DNA of 64,000 nucleotides from an uncultured Chloroflexia bacterium (GTDB lineage Bacteria; Chloroflexota; Limnocylindria; Limnocylindrales; CSP1-4), in the NCBI GenBank assembly GCA_963734535.1, contig CAVTHS010000002.1:160001-224000 (forward strand). The letters run 5' to 3'. The notes beneath the pieces are model-generated. The model searched no databases. It was not told the origin of the DNA and saw only the letters and a program-made list of their open reading frames with translations. This document shows positions 36,515 through 46,864 of this stretch, piece by piece (position 1 is the first letter of the stretch; each line of letters opens with the position of its first letter). The position numbers and the translations under genes were made by a program.

Positions 36515-37068
36515 AGCTTCACGATCTGCGGCCCCCCGAGGGTGCGCACACCGCGAAGACCCGTGTCGGCCGCGGGATCGCCGCCGGCAAGGGCAAGACC
36601 GCAGGCCGCGGGACGAAGGGCCAGAAGTCGCGCGCCGGCAGCTCCATCCCGGCCTGGTTCGAGGGCGGTCAGACCCCGATTCACATCCGGATCCCGAAGC
36701 TTCGCGGCTTTCGCAGCATCAACCGGATCGAGTACGAGGTCGTGAACGTGGGCGCCATCAGCGCCGCGATCGAGCTCGGCCGACTGCCCGAGGGCGACCT
36801 GCCCGGCGGGCCGAAGCGGGCCACGCCCGCCCCGGTCACGGTGAACCAGGAGCTGCTGCGGATGACCGGCCTCGTGCGCAGCCTCGACAAGCCGCTCAAG
36901 ATCCTTGGCAGCGGCGAGGTGAGCCGGCCGATGTTCGTGGTGGCCGACGCCTTCACCAAGAGCGCCCGCGAGAAGATCGAGGGTGCCGGCGGGACGGTCC
37001 AGGTGATCGAGATCCCGACGTCCCTGCTCGCCGCCATCGGCGTCGAGCCCGCGGCCGACGCGGACTGA
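36511..37068 (+). CDS. rplO: 50S ribosomal protein L15
   Basis: RVGRG..GKTAGRGTKGQKSR, FEGGQTP. Confidence 0.97.
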   Translation: MKLHDLRPPEGAHTAKTRVGRGIAAGKGKTAGRGTKGQKSRAGSSIPAWFEGGQTPIHIRIPKLRGFRSINRIEYEVVNVGAISAAIELGRLPEGDLPGGPKRATPAPVTVNQELLRMTGLVRSLDKPLKILGSGEVSRPMFVVADAFTKSAREKIEGAGGTVQVIEIPTSLLAAIGVEPAADAD

Positions 37069-37080
37069 CGCGGCACCGCC

Positions 37081-38364
37081 GTGTTCGACTCCATCCTCAA
37101 CGCGTTCCGGGCGCCGGACATCCGGCGCCGGATCCTCTTCGTCCTCTTCGTCCTGATCGTCTTCCGGGCGCTTGCCCACGTGCCCGTCCCGGGCGCGGAC
37201 CCGACGAAGCTCGCCCAGTTCTTCAAGGACAACGCGCTGTTCGGCCTGCTGGACCTGTTCTCCGGCGGCGGGCTGTCGCGGTTCTCGGTGGTCGGGCTGG
37301 GCGTCAACCCGTACATCAACGCGTCGATCATCATGCAGCTGATGACGGGCGTCATCCCCGCCCTCACCGCGCTCCAGCGCGAGGGTGAGTACGGGCGCAA
37401 CAAGATCAACCAGTACACCCGCTACCTCTCCGTCCCGCTCGCGGTCCTCCAGAGCTACGGGTTCCTGGCCGTCCTCAACCAGGCCGGCGTGCTCAACACC
37501 CACTTCGACCTCGCCTCGTTCGAGACGCTGACCCAGATCGTCACCCTGACGGCCGGATCCATCCTCCTGATGTGGCTCGGCGAGCTCATCACCGAGAAGG
37601 GGATCGGGAACGGGATCAGCTTCATCATCTTCGCGGGCATCGTGGGTCGCGCGCCCCAGGCCATCGGCACGTTCCTCGATTCGCCCAACATCGCCGCGCT
37701 CGCGATCTTCGCCGTCTTCGGCGTCGCCGCGATCGCCGCGATCGTGTTCATCACGGAGGGCCAGCGGCGGATCCCGATCCAGTACGCCAGCCGTGTCCGG
37801 GGCCGGCGGATGTACCAGGGCGGGACCACGTTCCTGCCGCTCCGGGTCAACCAGGCGGGCGTGATCCCGATCATCTTCGCGGTGAGCATCCTGCTCTTCC
37901 CGAGCCAGATCGCGGGCTATTTCGCCCAGAGCCAGGTTGCCCTCGTCAAGGACATCGCGACGTTCTTCGTCAACACCTTCGGGCCATCCAACCTCGTCGT
38001 GTACGGGTCGCTCTACTTCTTCCTGACCGTCGGCTTCACGTACTTCTACACGGCCTTCACGTTCAAGCCGGACGAGACCGCGGAGCAGCTGCGGAAGAAT
38101 GGCGGGTTCATCCCGGGCATCCGTCCGGGACGGCCCACCCAGGACTACCTTGCCCGGGTGGTGAACCGGATAACCGTGGCCGGGGCGCTCTTCCTCGGCA
38201 TCGTGGCCGTCTCGCCCTACCTCTTCCAGGCATTCATTCCGAGCCTCGCCGGTCTCTCTCTCGGCGGCACGAGCATCCTCATCGCCGTCTCCGTCGTCGT
38301 CGAGACGATGAAGCAGCTCGAGGCCCAGCTCATGATGCGCAACTACGAGGGCTTCATCCGGTGA
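37081..38364 (+). CDS. secY: Preprotein translocase subunit SecY
   Basis: LGVNPYINASII, GIGNGISFII, GGFIPGIRPG; multiple TM helices. Confidence 0.98.
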   Translation: MFDSILNAFRAPDIRRRILFVLFVLIVFRALAHVPVPGADPTKLAQFFKDNALFGLLDLFSGGGLSRFSVVGLGVNPYINASIIMQLMTGVIPALTALQREGEYGRNKINQYTRYLSVPLAVLQSYGFLAVLNQAGVLNTHFDLASFETLTQIVTLTAGSILLMWLGELITEKGIGNGISFIIFAGIVGRAPQAIGTFLDSPNIAALAIFAVFGVAAIAAIVFITEGQRRIPIQYASRVRGRRMYQGGTTFLPLRVNQAGVIPIIFAVSILLFPSQIAGYFAQSQVALVKDIATFFVNTFGPSNLVVYGSLYFFLTVGFTYFYTAFTFKPDETAEQLRKNGGFIPGIRPGRPTQDYLARVVNRITVAGALFLGIVAVSPYLFQAFIPSLAGLSLGGTSILIAVSVVVETMKQLEAQLMMRNYEGFIR

Positions 38365-38389
38365 TCACGGCCGCGGGCCAGGGCCCTCG

Positions 38390-39061
38390 ATGAGGATCCT
38401 TGTCCTGCTCGGTGCGCCCGGCGCCGGGAAGGGAACCCAGGCCCACGTGCTCGCGCGCCACCTGGGGCTGCCGCGGGTGGCCACGGGCGACCTCTTCCGG
38501 GCCGCGGCACGCGACGGCAGCCCGCTCGGGCTGTCGGCCCGCGGGTACATGGAGCGCGGTGAGCTCGTCCCCGACGAGCTCACCGTGGGCATGCTGCTCG
38601 AGCGGCTGGATGCCCCGGACGCCGAGCGCGGCGCGATCCTCGACGGCTTCCCCCGGACGCGCTCCCAGGCGGAGGCGCTCGACCGGGCGCTCGCCGACGA
38701 CGGGACCGCGGTCGACGCGGCACTGCTGGTGGAGGTGCCCGCCAGCGAGCTCCTCCAGCGCCTGACCGGTCGCTGGCTCTGCAGCGCCGCCGGCCACACC
38801 TATCACGAGACGGCCTACCCGCCGCGGGTGCCGGGGATCTGCGACATCGACGGCTCGGTCCTGATCCAGCGAGACGACGACCGCCCGGAGATCGTCCAGG
38901 CTCGTCTCGAGAAGCAGCTCGGTGCTCTCGCGGACGTCGTCGAGCACTATCGCGCCGCGGGGGTCCTCCAGGTCGTGGATGGACGCCGGCCCATCGCGGC
39001 CGTCACGAACGACCTGCTCGACGCGATCGAGCCGATCCCGTACTGGCGCACCAGCCCGTGA
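38390..39061 (+). CDS. adk: Adenylate kinase
   Basis: GAPGAGKGTQ, LDGFPRT, QRDDD. Confidence 0.97.
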   Translation: MRILVLLGAPGAGKGTQAHVLARHLGLPRVATGDLFRAAARDGSPLGLSARGYMERGELVPDELTVGMLLERLDAPDAERGAILDGFPRTRSQAEALDRALADDGTAVDAALLVEVPASELLQRLTGRWLCSAAGHTYHETAYPPRVPGICDIDGSVLIQRDDDRPEIVQARLEKQLGALADVVEHYRAAGVLQVVDGRRPIAAVTNDLLDAIEPIPYWRTSP

Positions 39062-39804
39062 TCACCCGCAGGTCGGCGGCGGAGATCGCCACGATGCGCC
39101 GGGCCGGGCGGGTGGTCGCCGAGGTCCTTGGGCTCGTGGAGGAGGAGCTCCGCCCAGGCGTCTCTACCGCGCACCTCGACCGGATCGCCGAGGAGCACAT
39201 CCGGAAGGCTGGCGGCACGCCGTCCTTCAAGGGCTACTACGGCTATCCGTCCTCGCTCTGCATCTCGATCGACCGCGAGGTGGTCCACGGGATTCCCGGC
39301 GACAGGACGATCGCGAACGGCCAGGTGGTCTCCATCGACGCGGGCGCGATCATCGATGGCTATCACGGCGACGCGGCGCGGACCTTCATCGTCGGCGACG
39401 CGTCGCCCGAGGTCCGCGAGCTGGTCGCGACGACCCGGCGTGCGCTCGAGGCGGGGATCGCCGCGGCGATCACCGGGAACCGGATCTGGGACATCTCGGC
39501 CGCCGTGGAGGACGTTGCCCTGCCGCACGGCTACGGCGTGGTCCGCCCGTACGTCGGCCACGGGATCGGGACGGCCATGCACGAGGATCCGCAGGTCCCG
39601 AACTACCGGACGAAAACGAAGGGGATCGAGCTCGCGCCGGGCATCTGCCTGGCGATCGAGCCGATGTTCACCCTTGGCAGTGCCGACGTCGAGACGCTCG
39701 TCGACGGCTGGACCGTTGTCACCCGTGACGGCTCCGTCGCGGCCCATTTCGAGGACTCGATCGCCGTCACCGAGGACGGCCCGGAGGTCCTCACCAGGCT
39801 GTAG
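39058..39804 (+). CDS. map: Methionine aminopeptidase type I
   Basis: VVHGIP, GDAARTF, GHGIG..HEDP, AIEPM, HFEDS. Confidence 0.97.
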   Translation: MITRRSAAEIATMRRAGRVVAEVLGLVEEELRPGVSTAHLDRIAEEHIRKAGGTPSFKGYYGYPSSLCISIDREVVHGIPGDRTIANGQVVSIDAGAIIDGYHGDAARTFIVGDASPEVRELVATTRRALEAGIAAAITGNRIWDISAAVEDVALPHGYGVVRPYVGHGIGTAMHEDPQVPNYRTKTKGIELAPGICLAIEPMFTLGSADVETLVDGWTVVTRDGSVAAHFEDSIAVTEDGPEVLTRL

Positions 39805-39819
39805 GGCAGGAGCCGGCGC

Positions 39820-39848
39820 TTGCCGGAACCGGCCAAAGTTGATACGCT
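39820..39848 (+). promoter_or_regulatory. Putative internal promoter for the infA-alpha operon
   Basis: TTGCCG, 17-nt spacer, TACGCT with TG extended -10. Confidence 0.5.
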
Positions 39849-39909
39849 ACGCGTTCGTGTGTCGGCTCCTGTCGGTACGCGGCGGTGAGCAGGAACACCA
39901 GGGAGCACG

Positions 39910-40128
39910 TTGGCCAAGAAGGACGCGATCGAAGTCGAGGGTACTGTCCTCGAGCCGTTGCCGAACACGATGTTCGCCGTCGAGCTGGAGAACGGCCACC
40001 GCGTTCTTGCCCACATCAGCGGAAAGCTCCGGATGAACTTCATCCGGATCCTGCCGGGCGACCGGGTCCGCGTCGAGTTGTCCCCGTACGACCTCACCCG
40101 GGGTCGGATCACGTACCGGCTGAAGTAG
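39910..40128 (+). CDS. infA: Translation initiation factor IF-1
   Basis: [22 protein letters not shown]; TTG start. Confidence 0.98.
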   Translation: MAKKDAIEVEGTVLEPLPNTMFAVELENGHRVLAHISGKLRMNFIRILPGDRVRVELSPYDLTRGRITYRLK

Positions 40129-40154
40129 CCGGCACCCAGCGCGAAGGAAGATCG

Positions 40155-40268
40155 TTGAAAGTTCGAGCCTCGGTGAAGGCCCGTTGCGACAACTGCAAGG
40201 TGATCCGCCGCCACGGGACCGTGATGGTCATTTGCGCCAATCCAAAGCACAAGCAGCGGCAGGGCTGA
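40155..40268 (+). CDS. rpmJ: 50S ribosomal protein L36 (Zn-binding form)
   Basis: [37 protein letters not shown]; TTG start. Confidence 0.97.
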   Translation: MKVRASVKARCDNCKVIRRHGTVMVICANPKHKQRQG

Positions 40269-40273
40269 TCGAT

Positions 40274-40645
40274 ATGGCACGGATCGCCGGCGTCGACATC
40301 CCGCGCGAGAAGCGCGTGGAAGTCGCCCTGACATACATCTACGGGATCGGGCTGCCAACCAGCCAGAAGATCCTCCAGCAGACGAACGTCAACCCCGACA
40401 CCCGGGTCCGGGACCTCACGGAGGACCAGGTCACCCGGCTGCGCGAGCTGATCGATCGGCGGTTCAAGGTCGAGGGGGACCTCCGCCGCGAGGTGGCGCT
40501 CAACATCAAGCGCCTCATCGAGATCGGCTCCTACCGCGGGCTCCGCCACCGGCGGAACCTCCCGGTCCGGGGCCAGCGCACGAAGACCAACGCTCGCCAG
40601 CGTCGCGGACCGAAGAAGACGGTCGGCGCTCGGCGCAAGAAGTAA
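40274..40645 (+). CDS. rpsM: 30S ribosomal protein S13
   Basis: [23 protein letters not shown]. Confidence 0.98.
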   Translation: MARIAGVDIPREKRVEVALTYIYGIGLPTSQKILQQTNVNPDTRVRDLTEDQVTRLRELIDRRFKVEGDLRREVALNIKRLIEIGSYRGLRHRRNLPVRGQRTKTNARQRRGPKKTVGARRKK

Positions 40646-40664
40646 AGAGGGACGAGCCGGACGT

Positions 40665-41060
40665 ATGGCCGATCGCAAGCGCGCACCCAAGCAGCGTCGG
40701 CGGGAGCGTAAGAACGTGCCCGTTGGGCACGTTCATATCCAGGCGACCTTCAACAACACGATCGTCACGATCACGGACCTCAGCGGGGCCGTGATCAGCT
40801 GGGGATCGTCGGGGATCGTCGGGTTCAAGGGCTCCCGGAAGAGCACGCCGTACGCCGCCGCGCTGTCGGCCGATTCCGCCGCCAAGAAGGCGATGGAGCA
40901 CGGAATGCGCCAGGTCGAGGTCTACGTGAAGGGTCCCGGCGCGGGCCGGGAGCAGGCGATCCGCTCGCTCCAGACCGCCGGGCTCGAGGTGACCGCGATC
41001 ACCGACGTGACGCCCATCCCGCACAACGGCTGCCGCCCGCCCAAGCGGCGCCGCGTCTAG
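40665..41060 (+). CDS. rpsK: 30S ribosomal protein S11
   Basis: [28 protein letters not shown]. Confidence 0.98.
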   Translation: MADRKRAPKQRRRERKNVPVGHVHIQATFNNTIVTITDLSGAVISWGSSGIVGFKGSRKSTPYAAALSADSAAKKAMEHGMRQVEVYVKGPGAGREQAIRSLQTAGLEVTAITDVTPIPHNGCRPPKRRRV

Positions 41061-41075
41061 GCCGGGAGAAGCATC

Positions 41076-41702
41076 ATGGCTCGATACACCGGTCCGGTCT
41101 GCCGCCTCTGCCGCCGCGAGGGCGCCAAGCTCTTCCTGAAGGGCTCGCGCTGCTATACGAAGAAGTGCTCCTTCGAGCGGCGTCCGACGCCGCCTGGCCA
41201 GCACGGCGTCCGACGCCGAAAGGTCGGCGACTACGGCCTCCAGCTTCGCGAGAAGCAGAAGGTCCGCCGCATCTATCGCATCCTGGAGCGCCAGTTCCAC
41301 AACTACTTCGAGGAGGCCGAGTCCCGTCCGGGCGTGACCGGCGAGAACCTCCTCCGGATCCTCGAGCTCCGGCTCGACAACGTGGTCTTCCGGCTCGGCA
41401 TCGCGGCCTCGCGCGACCACGCGCGACAGCTCGTGACGCACGGCCACTTCGCCGTCAACGGCCGCCCGACCAACGTTCCATCGTTCCACTGCAAGCCGGG
41501 CGATCGAGTCGAGGTCCGCGCCGCGCGGCGCGAGCGAGAGCCGTTCAAGGCGGTCAGCGAGGCCCTTCGCTCGGGGCAGGTCCCCGAGTGGCTGACCCTC
41601 GACCCGGCCACCTTCACGGGCACGATCATCGCCGCCCCGCGCCGCGACCAGATGCCGCTCGAGCTCAACGAGCAGCTCGTGGTCGAGTACTACTCGAGGT
41701 AG
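41076..41702 (+). CDS. rpsD: 30S ribosomal protein S4
   Basis: [38 protein letters not shown]. Confidence 0.98.
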   Translation: MARYTGPVCRLCRREGAKLFLKGSRCYTKKCSFERRPTPPGQHGVRRRKVGDYGLQLREKQKVRRIYRILERQFHNYFEEAESRPGVTGENLLRILELRLDNVVFRLGIAASRDHARQLVTHGHFAVNGRPTNVPSFHCKPGDRVEVRAARREREPFKAVSEALRSGQVPEWLTLDPATFTGTIIAAPRRDQMPLELNEQLVVEYYSR

Positions 41703-41712
41703 CCCCACACCC

Positions 41713-42714
41713 ATGATCGAACTCGACGCCACGACCCAGATCGAGCCCGTCGCCGAGCAGGGCTCGTACGCGAAGTACGAGGCCGGCCCCCTTCCCGCGG
41801 GCTACGGGGTGACCCTGGGGAACGCGCTTCGGCGCGTCCTGCTCTCCTCCCTGGAGGGCGCGGCCGTCACCTCCATCCAGATCCGCGACGTCTTCCACGA
41901 GTTCACGACGATCCCGGGCGTCAAGGAAGATGTCACCCAGATCGTCCTGAACGTCAAGAAGCTCCGCCTGCGCAGCTTCGCGGCCCACCCGGTCCAGCTC
42001 AAGCTGGTCAAGTCCGGCGCCGGCCGGGTCACCGCTGCCGACATCGTGGAGTCGGCCGACGTCGAGGTGATCAACCCCGAGCTCGACCTCATGACGCTCG
42101 ACAGCGACGACGTGACGATCGAGATCGACCTGACGGTCGAGCGCGGCGTCGGCTACCTCGCCGCGGAGCGGCCGGAAGGCCTGCCCATCGGCGTGATCCC
42201 CGTCGACGCGATCTTCACGCCCGTCCGGAAGGTCAACTTCACGGTCGAGAACACCCGCGTCGGTCAGATGACCAACTACGACAAGCTGACCCTCGAGATC
42301 GAGACCGACGGGACGATCACCCCGGAGGACGCGCTCGCCAAGTCGGCCGACATCCTGGTGCGGCAGTTCGCCCTGTTCGCCAACGTGGGCACCGCGGCGA
42401 TCGCCGCCAGCCCGGCGGGCGGCATGCCGCAGATCCCGGCCAACATGCTCGAGATGCCGATCGAGGAGCTGGACCTCCCGATGCGGGCCTACAACTCGCT
42501 CAAGCGGAACAACATCGTGCGGGTTGGCCAGCTCCTGCAGCTGACCGACGACGACCTGCTCCGGATGCGCAACTTCGGCAAGAAGTCGCTCGACGAGATG
42601 AAGGAACGGCTCCGGATGCGGGGCTTCCTGGTCCCCGAGACGGAGCCGTCTGACCTCGACGAGGCCGAGGACGACGGCGACGAGCCGTTCGGCGACGAGT
42701 CGGAGGAGGTCTGA
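41713..42714 (+). CDS. rpoA: RNA polymerase alpha subunit
   Basis: GYGVTLGNALRRVLLSS, IPVDAIFTPV, RNFGKKSLDE. Confidence 0.98.
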   Translation: MIELDATTQIEPVAEQGSYAKYEAGPLPAGYGVTLGNALRRVLLSSLEGAAVTSIQIRDVFHEFTTIPGVKEDVTQIVLNVKKLRLRSFAAHPVQLKLVKSGAGRVTAADIVESADVEVINPELDLMTLDSDDVTIEIDLTVERGVGYLAAERPEGLPIGVIPVDAIFTPVRKVNFTVENTRVGQMTNYDKLTLEIETDGTITPEDALAKSADILVRQFALFANVGTAAIAASPAGGMPQIPANMLEMPIEELDLPMRAYNSLKRNNIVRVGQLLQLTDDDLLRMRNFGKKSLDEMKERLRMRGFLVPETEPSDLDEAEDDGDEPFGDESEEV

Positions 42715-42717
42715 GCG

Positions 42718-43071
42718 ATGCGCCACCAGATCGGCGGCCGGAAGCTCGGCCGGATGCAGGGCCCGCGGCTCGCGCTCTACAAGAACCTGATCGTATCGGT
42801 CTTCCGCTACGAGAAGGTGATGACCACCGAGGCGAAGGCCAAGGAGATCCGCCCACAGGTGGAGCGGATGATCACGCTCGCCAAGCGGGGGGATCTCTCC
42901 GCGCGGCGGACCGTGGTGGCCGAGCTCCCGGACGAGCCCCTCGTCATCAAGAAGCTCTTCGATGAGATCGCCCCAAAGTACACCGAGCGGACGTCCGGGT
43001 ACACCCGGATCACCCACATCGGCAACCGGAACGGTGACAGGGCGCCGATCGTCCAGATCGAGCTCCTCTGA
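42718..43071 (+). CDS. rplQ: 50S ribosomal protein L17
   Basis: MRH..GRKLGR, TTEAKAKE, GYTRI. Confidence 0.97.
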   Translation: MRHQIGGRKLGRMQGPRLALYKNLIVSVFRYEKVMTTEAKAKEIRPQVERMITLAKRGDLSARRTVVAELPDEPLVIKKLFDEIAPKYTERTSGYTRITHIGNRNGDRAPIVQIELL

Positions 43072-43102
43072 CCGACGAAATGGCGCCCGAGAGGGCGCCC
43101 TC

Positions 43103-43858
43103 GTGCGGTTGCGCGCACGGGTCGAATACGACGGCACGGACTTCGCCGGGTTCCAGCTTCAGCTGGGGGCCCGGACGGTCCAGGGTGAACTCGAAGCCGC
43201 GCTCAGCACGCTCTCCGGCGGACGCCGGGTCCGGGTCGACGCGGCGGGACGCACCGACGCCGGGGTGCACGCGACGGGCCAGGTGATCGCATTCAGCTGG
43301 GCCGGGCGGCTCACGGTGGCGGAGCTCGGCAGGGCGTTCGACGCGCTGCTGCCGACGGATGTCGCGGTTCGCGACCTTCGCCGGGCACCGATCGGGTTTC
43401 GCCCTCGCTACGCGGCGCGGTATCGGGACTACCGCTACTCCGTCTGGAACGGGCCGCGAAGCCCGCTCCGCGAGCGTTACGCGCTCGGGGTGCGGACCCC
43501 TCTCGACGCCGCTGCGATGGCGCGGGCCGGGCTGGTCCTCGAGGGCCGGCACGACTTCTCGGCCTTCGGGGCGGTGGACCGCCAGCCGGTCCGAACCCTT
43601 CACGGGGTCCGGGTGCGGCGGGAAGGTCGCCTCGTGACGGTTGACGTTCGCGGGGACGCCTTCCTGCGGCAGATGGTGAGGCGAATCGTCGCGGCGCTCC
43701 TGCTGGTGGGCCGCGGGGAGGTCGAGGTATCGGCGGTCGCCGAGGCGCTCGCGTCACGGCAGCCGGCCTTCCACGGGGCAGTTGCCCCGGCGAAGGGGCT
43801 CTGCCTGCGGCGGGTCGTCATGGGACGGGTCGCACGGGAGATGAACGGAGAAACATGA
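43103..43858 (+). CDS. truA: tRNA pseudouridine(38-40) synthase TruA
   Basis: EYDGTDFAGFQ, GRTDAGVHA, HDFSAF, FLRQMVR. Confidence 0.95.
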   Translation: MRLRARVEYDGTDFAGFQLQLGARTVQGELEAALSTLSGGRRVRVDAAGRTDAGVHATGQVIAFSWAGRLTVAELGRAFDALLPTDVAVRDLRRAPIGFRPRYAARYRDYRYSVWNGPRSPLRERYALGVRTPLDAAAMARAGLVLEGRHDFSAFGAVDRQPVRTLHGVRVRREGRLVTVDVRGDAFLRQMVRRIVAALLLVGRGEVEVSAVAEALASRQPAFHGAVAPAKGLCLRRVVMGRVAREMNGET

Positions 43859-44286
43859 CCGCGAAGACGTATACGCTCCGGGAGGCGGAGATCGTGCGAC
43901 GCTGGTACGTCGTCGACGCGACGGACGAGACGCTCGGCCGGCTCGCGTCGCGGATCGCCCGCGTCCTCGTGGGCAAGCACAAGCCGACCTACACGCCGAA
44001 CCTGGACGGCGGCGATCACGTGATCGTGCTCAACGCCGCGAAGGTCGCCGTCAGCCGCGACAAGCTCGATGCCAAGATCTATGCGCGGCACAGCGGCTAC
44101 CCGGGCGGGTACAAGGAGGAGACGCTCGGTCACCTGATGGAGCGCCGCCCCGAGGAGGCCGTGCGTCGCGCGGTCAAGGGCATGGTGCCCCACTCCCGCC
44201 TGGGTGCGCAGCAGCTCCGAAAGCTCAAGATCTACGCCGGCGCGGATCACCCCCACCAGGCGCAGCGGCCGGAACCGCTGACCTGA
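43855..44286 (+). CDS. rplM: 50S ribosomal protein L13
   Basis: [28 protein letters not shown]. Confidence 0.98.
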   Translation: MTAKTYTLREAEIVRRWYVVDATDETLGRLASRIARVLVGKHKPTYTPNLDGGDHVIVLNAAKVAVSRDKLDAKIYARHSGYPGGYKEETLGHLMERRPEEAVRRAVKGMVPHSRLGAQQLRKLKIYAGADHPHQAQRPEPLT

Positions 44287-44302
44287 CGAGGAGCATGCCC
44301 AC

Positions 44303-44701
44303 ATGACCATCCCGTCCTTCTTTCATGGGACCGGGCGCCGGAAGACCGCCGTCGCACGCGTCCGCCTCATCCCCGGCGAGGGCGAGATCGTCGTCAACGG
44401 CCGGTCGCTGGAGCAGCACTTCGGCAACGCCGTGCCCGAGGGCGAGCTGCGCATGCCGTTCCGCGTGACCGGCACCGAGGGCCGCTTCAACACCCTCATC
44501 AAGGTCGAGGGCGGTGGCGTCACCGGCCAGGCCGGCGCGATCCGGCACGGGATCGCCCGCGCCCTCCTGATGGTCGACCCCGAGAGCAATCGCGTCCCCC
44601 TCCGGCAGGCAGGCTTCCTGACCCGCGACCCGCGGATGAAGGAACGCAAGAAGTACGGCCTGAAGCGGGCCCGCAAGGCGCCCCAGTACACCAAGCGCTG
44701 A
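44303..44701 (+). CDS. rpsI: 30S ribosomal protein S9
   Basis: [31 protein letters not shown]. Confidence 0.98.
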   Translation: MTIPSFFHGTGRRKTAVARVRLIPGEGEIVVNGRSLEQHFGNAVPEGELRMPFRVTGTEGRFNTLIKVEGGGVTGQAGAIRHGIARALLMVDPESNRVPLRQAGFLTRDPRMKERKKYGLKRARKAPQYTKR

Positions 44702-44755
44702 GAGGCTGGGCGCCCTGACGGGCGCCCGATCGGGCTCCACGAACCCAGGCGAGGG

Positions 44756-45767
44756 ATGACCGAGGCCCTCTTCGACCGATACCGGGAGGCCCTCCGGGCC
44801 GGCCACGTGGCCGTCATGCGCGGCAGGCTCGAGGCCGCCGCCGCGTGGTACCGGGAAGCCGCCTCGCTGGCGAGCGATCGTGCCGTGCCTCGGACCGCGC
44901 TCGGCTCCGTGGAGCTCCGGCTCGGCCAGCCCGTGCAGGCGCTCGACAGCTTCGACGCGGCGCTTGCCCTGGCTCCCGCGGACGACGCTGCGCTGATGGG
45001 CCGTGCCCAGGCGCTCGTGGTGCTCGAGCGGCCCGACGAGGCTTCCGCGACGTTCGATACGCTCGCGGACGCGCGCGAGGCGGCCGCGAAGCACCCCGAG
45101 GCGTGCGACGCGCTCCGACGCGCCCTGGAGATCGAGCCCACGCCGGCGCGCCGGGAGCGCTACCGCGCGCTGACCGAGGAGCTCCGCCGCCGGGTCGGGG
45201 ATGCCGAGGCGGAGCGGGCGCTTGCCCTCGCGCCCGGCCTCCTCGAGGACGCTGCCGACGCGCCCGTGCCCGCGCCCGTGGCCACGGCCGATGGGGCCAC
45301 TGCGGAGACGCCGGCCGGATCGCCCGGCGGCGCCCTCGATGGTGCGGGTGGCGCCGATGCGGTTGCGACCGGTCCCGGATCGCTCACCCCCCGGAACGAC
45401 GCGCCCGCACTCGTCGTGGACGGCAATGCGCTCGTGCTTGCCGCGGAGGAGGCGGCGGCACGCGGTGACGCGCAGGGCGCGGTCGCCGCCGCGATGGCGG
45501 CGGCCCGGGCGTTCCGGGCCGCTGGGCACCCGGTCGCGGCGCTCGATGCGTGCGTCGGTGGGTCTGAGCGCAGGGCCGGGCGACGTGGACCTCCACCTCC
45601 TGATCGCGGAGCTCGAGTTCGAACGCGGCGCGGTCGGCTCGGCGGCCGACACGTACCGCAGCCTCCTGCACCTCGTCGAGATCGAAGGCGACGCGGCCGC
45701 GCGTGCGCGCATCGTCACCGCGGCCCGGCAGGTGTTCCCCGACGATCCCGGGTTCGCCCTGCCCTGA
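44756..45767 (+). CDS. Tetratricopeptide-repeat protein (frameshift near 45557)
   Basis: TPR-like helices (ALDSFDAALALAP, ALMGRAQAL, ALRRALEIEP); C-terminal TPR (PGDVDLHLLIAELEFERG) in the shifted frame ending TGA 45767. Confidence 0.7.
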
Positions 45768-45865
45768 CGTCGAGCGCCGTCCGCGGTGGAAGCGGGCGAT
45801 GGGGCGCCGCCCAGCCGGGCCGCGCCGGCGCGGTAGCGCGGCCGGGCGGTCGCGACGGACCCCGG

Positions 45866-45874
45866 TGCTACACT
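45866..45874 (+). promoter_or_regulatory. Putative extended -10 promoter for cdaA (near-leaderless)
   Basis: TGCTACACT 9 nt before the cdaA ATG; no SD sequence. Confidence 0.45.
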
Positions 45875-45883
45875 CACCGGACG

Positions 45884-46859
45884 ATGTCGCAGCTCCTCGA
45901 GTCGCTGGTCGGACAGATCCGACCGATCACGCTGGTCGACATCGGGATCACGGCGCTGGTCATCTACTGGCTGTTCAGCCTGATCCGCGGGACGCGCGCG
46001 GTGCGGCTGGTGATCGGCGTCAGCGTGATCCTCACGATCTACGCGATCGCCCAGGCCGTCGGGTTGCGCCTCGTCACCCAGCTCATGCAGGCGGGCGCGG
46101 TCGTCGGCCTGTTCGCCCTCGTGGTCGTCTTCCAGCCCGAGCTGCGCCGCGCACTCGAGCGGATCGGGCGCGTCGGGTCGTTCGCCTGGCTCACGTCACC
46201 CGCCGACCAGCGAAGCGCCGAGCAGATGGCGGCGGCGGTCGCCCGCGCGGCGACCCACCTCGCGGGTTTCGGCTTCGGGGCCCTGGTGGTCGTGGAGCGC
46301 GAGACGGGCCTGGAGGAGATCGCAGAGACCGGGGTGATGATCCACGCGGACCTTTCGTCCGATCTGCTCGAGGCCATCTTCACCCCGAGCGGCGCGCTCC
46401 ACGACGGTGCCGTGATCATCCGCGGCACGACGGTCGTCGCGGCCGGGGCGGTTCTCCCGCTCGCGGAGACGAGCGTGCACTCGGAGCGCTTCGGCACGCG
46501 GCACCGGGCCGCGCTCGGGATCACGGAGCAGACCGACGCGGTGGTCGTGGTGGTCTCGGAGGAGACCGGCCAGGCAAGCATCGTCGAGCGGGCCCGGATC
46601 CGGCGCAACCTCGACGAGCCGCAGCTGGTCCGCGCGATCATCGCCCTGATGCTTCCCGAGCGTGCCGCCGGGGCCGCGCTCCGCGGGCGGTTCCCGTCAC
46701 GAGCCGGCGGGTCCCCCGGGCCACTGGGACCCGGAGCGCTACGTCGGGCGGCGCTGGGCAGCTCGTGGACGCGCCGTCCGCCGCGGGGACGAGCCCGCGC
46801 CGGTCGCCGCCGAGGCTCGCGACGAGGCGGACGGCGCCGCGGCCGGGGCAGGTCGCTGA
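45884..46859 (+). CDS. cdaA: Diadenylate cyclase CdaA/DacA (3' end uncertain; probable frameshift near 46700)
   Basis: Three TM helices, VFQPELRRALE, LHDGAV, GTRHRAA, VSEETG. Confidence 0.92.
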
Positions 46860-46864
46860 GCACC

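Noticed and set aside
43082-44727. Similar GGCGCCC hairpins before truA (43082-43100) and after rpsI (44708-44727)
   Set aside because: Short GC palindromes are expected by chance or act as simple terminator/pause hairpins; no transposase or target-site duplication.
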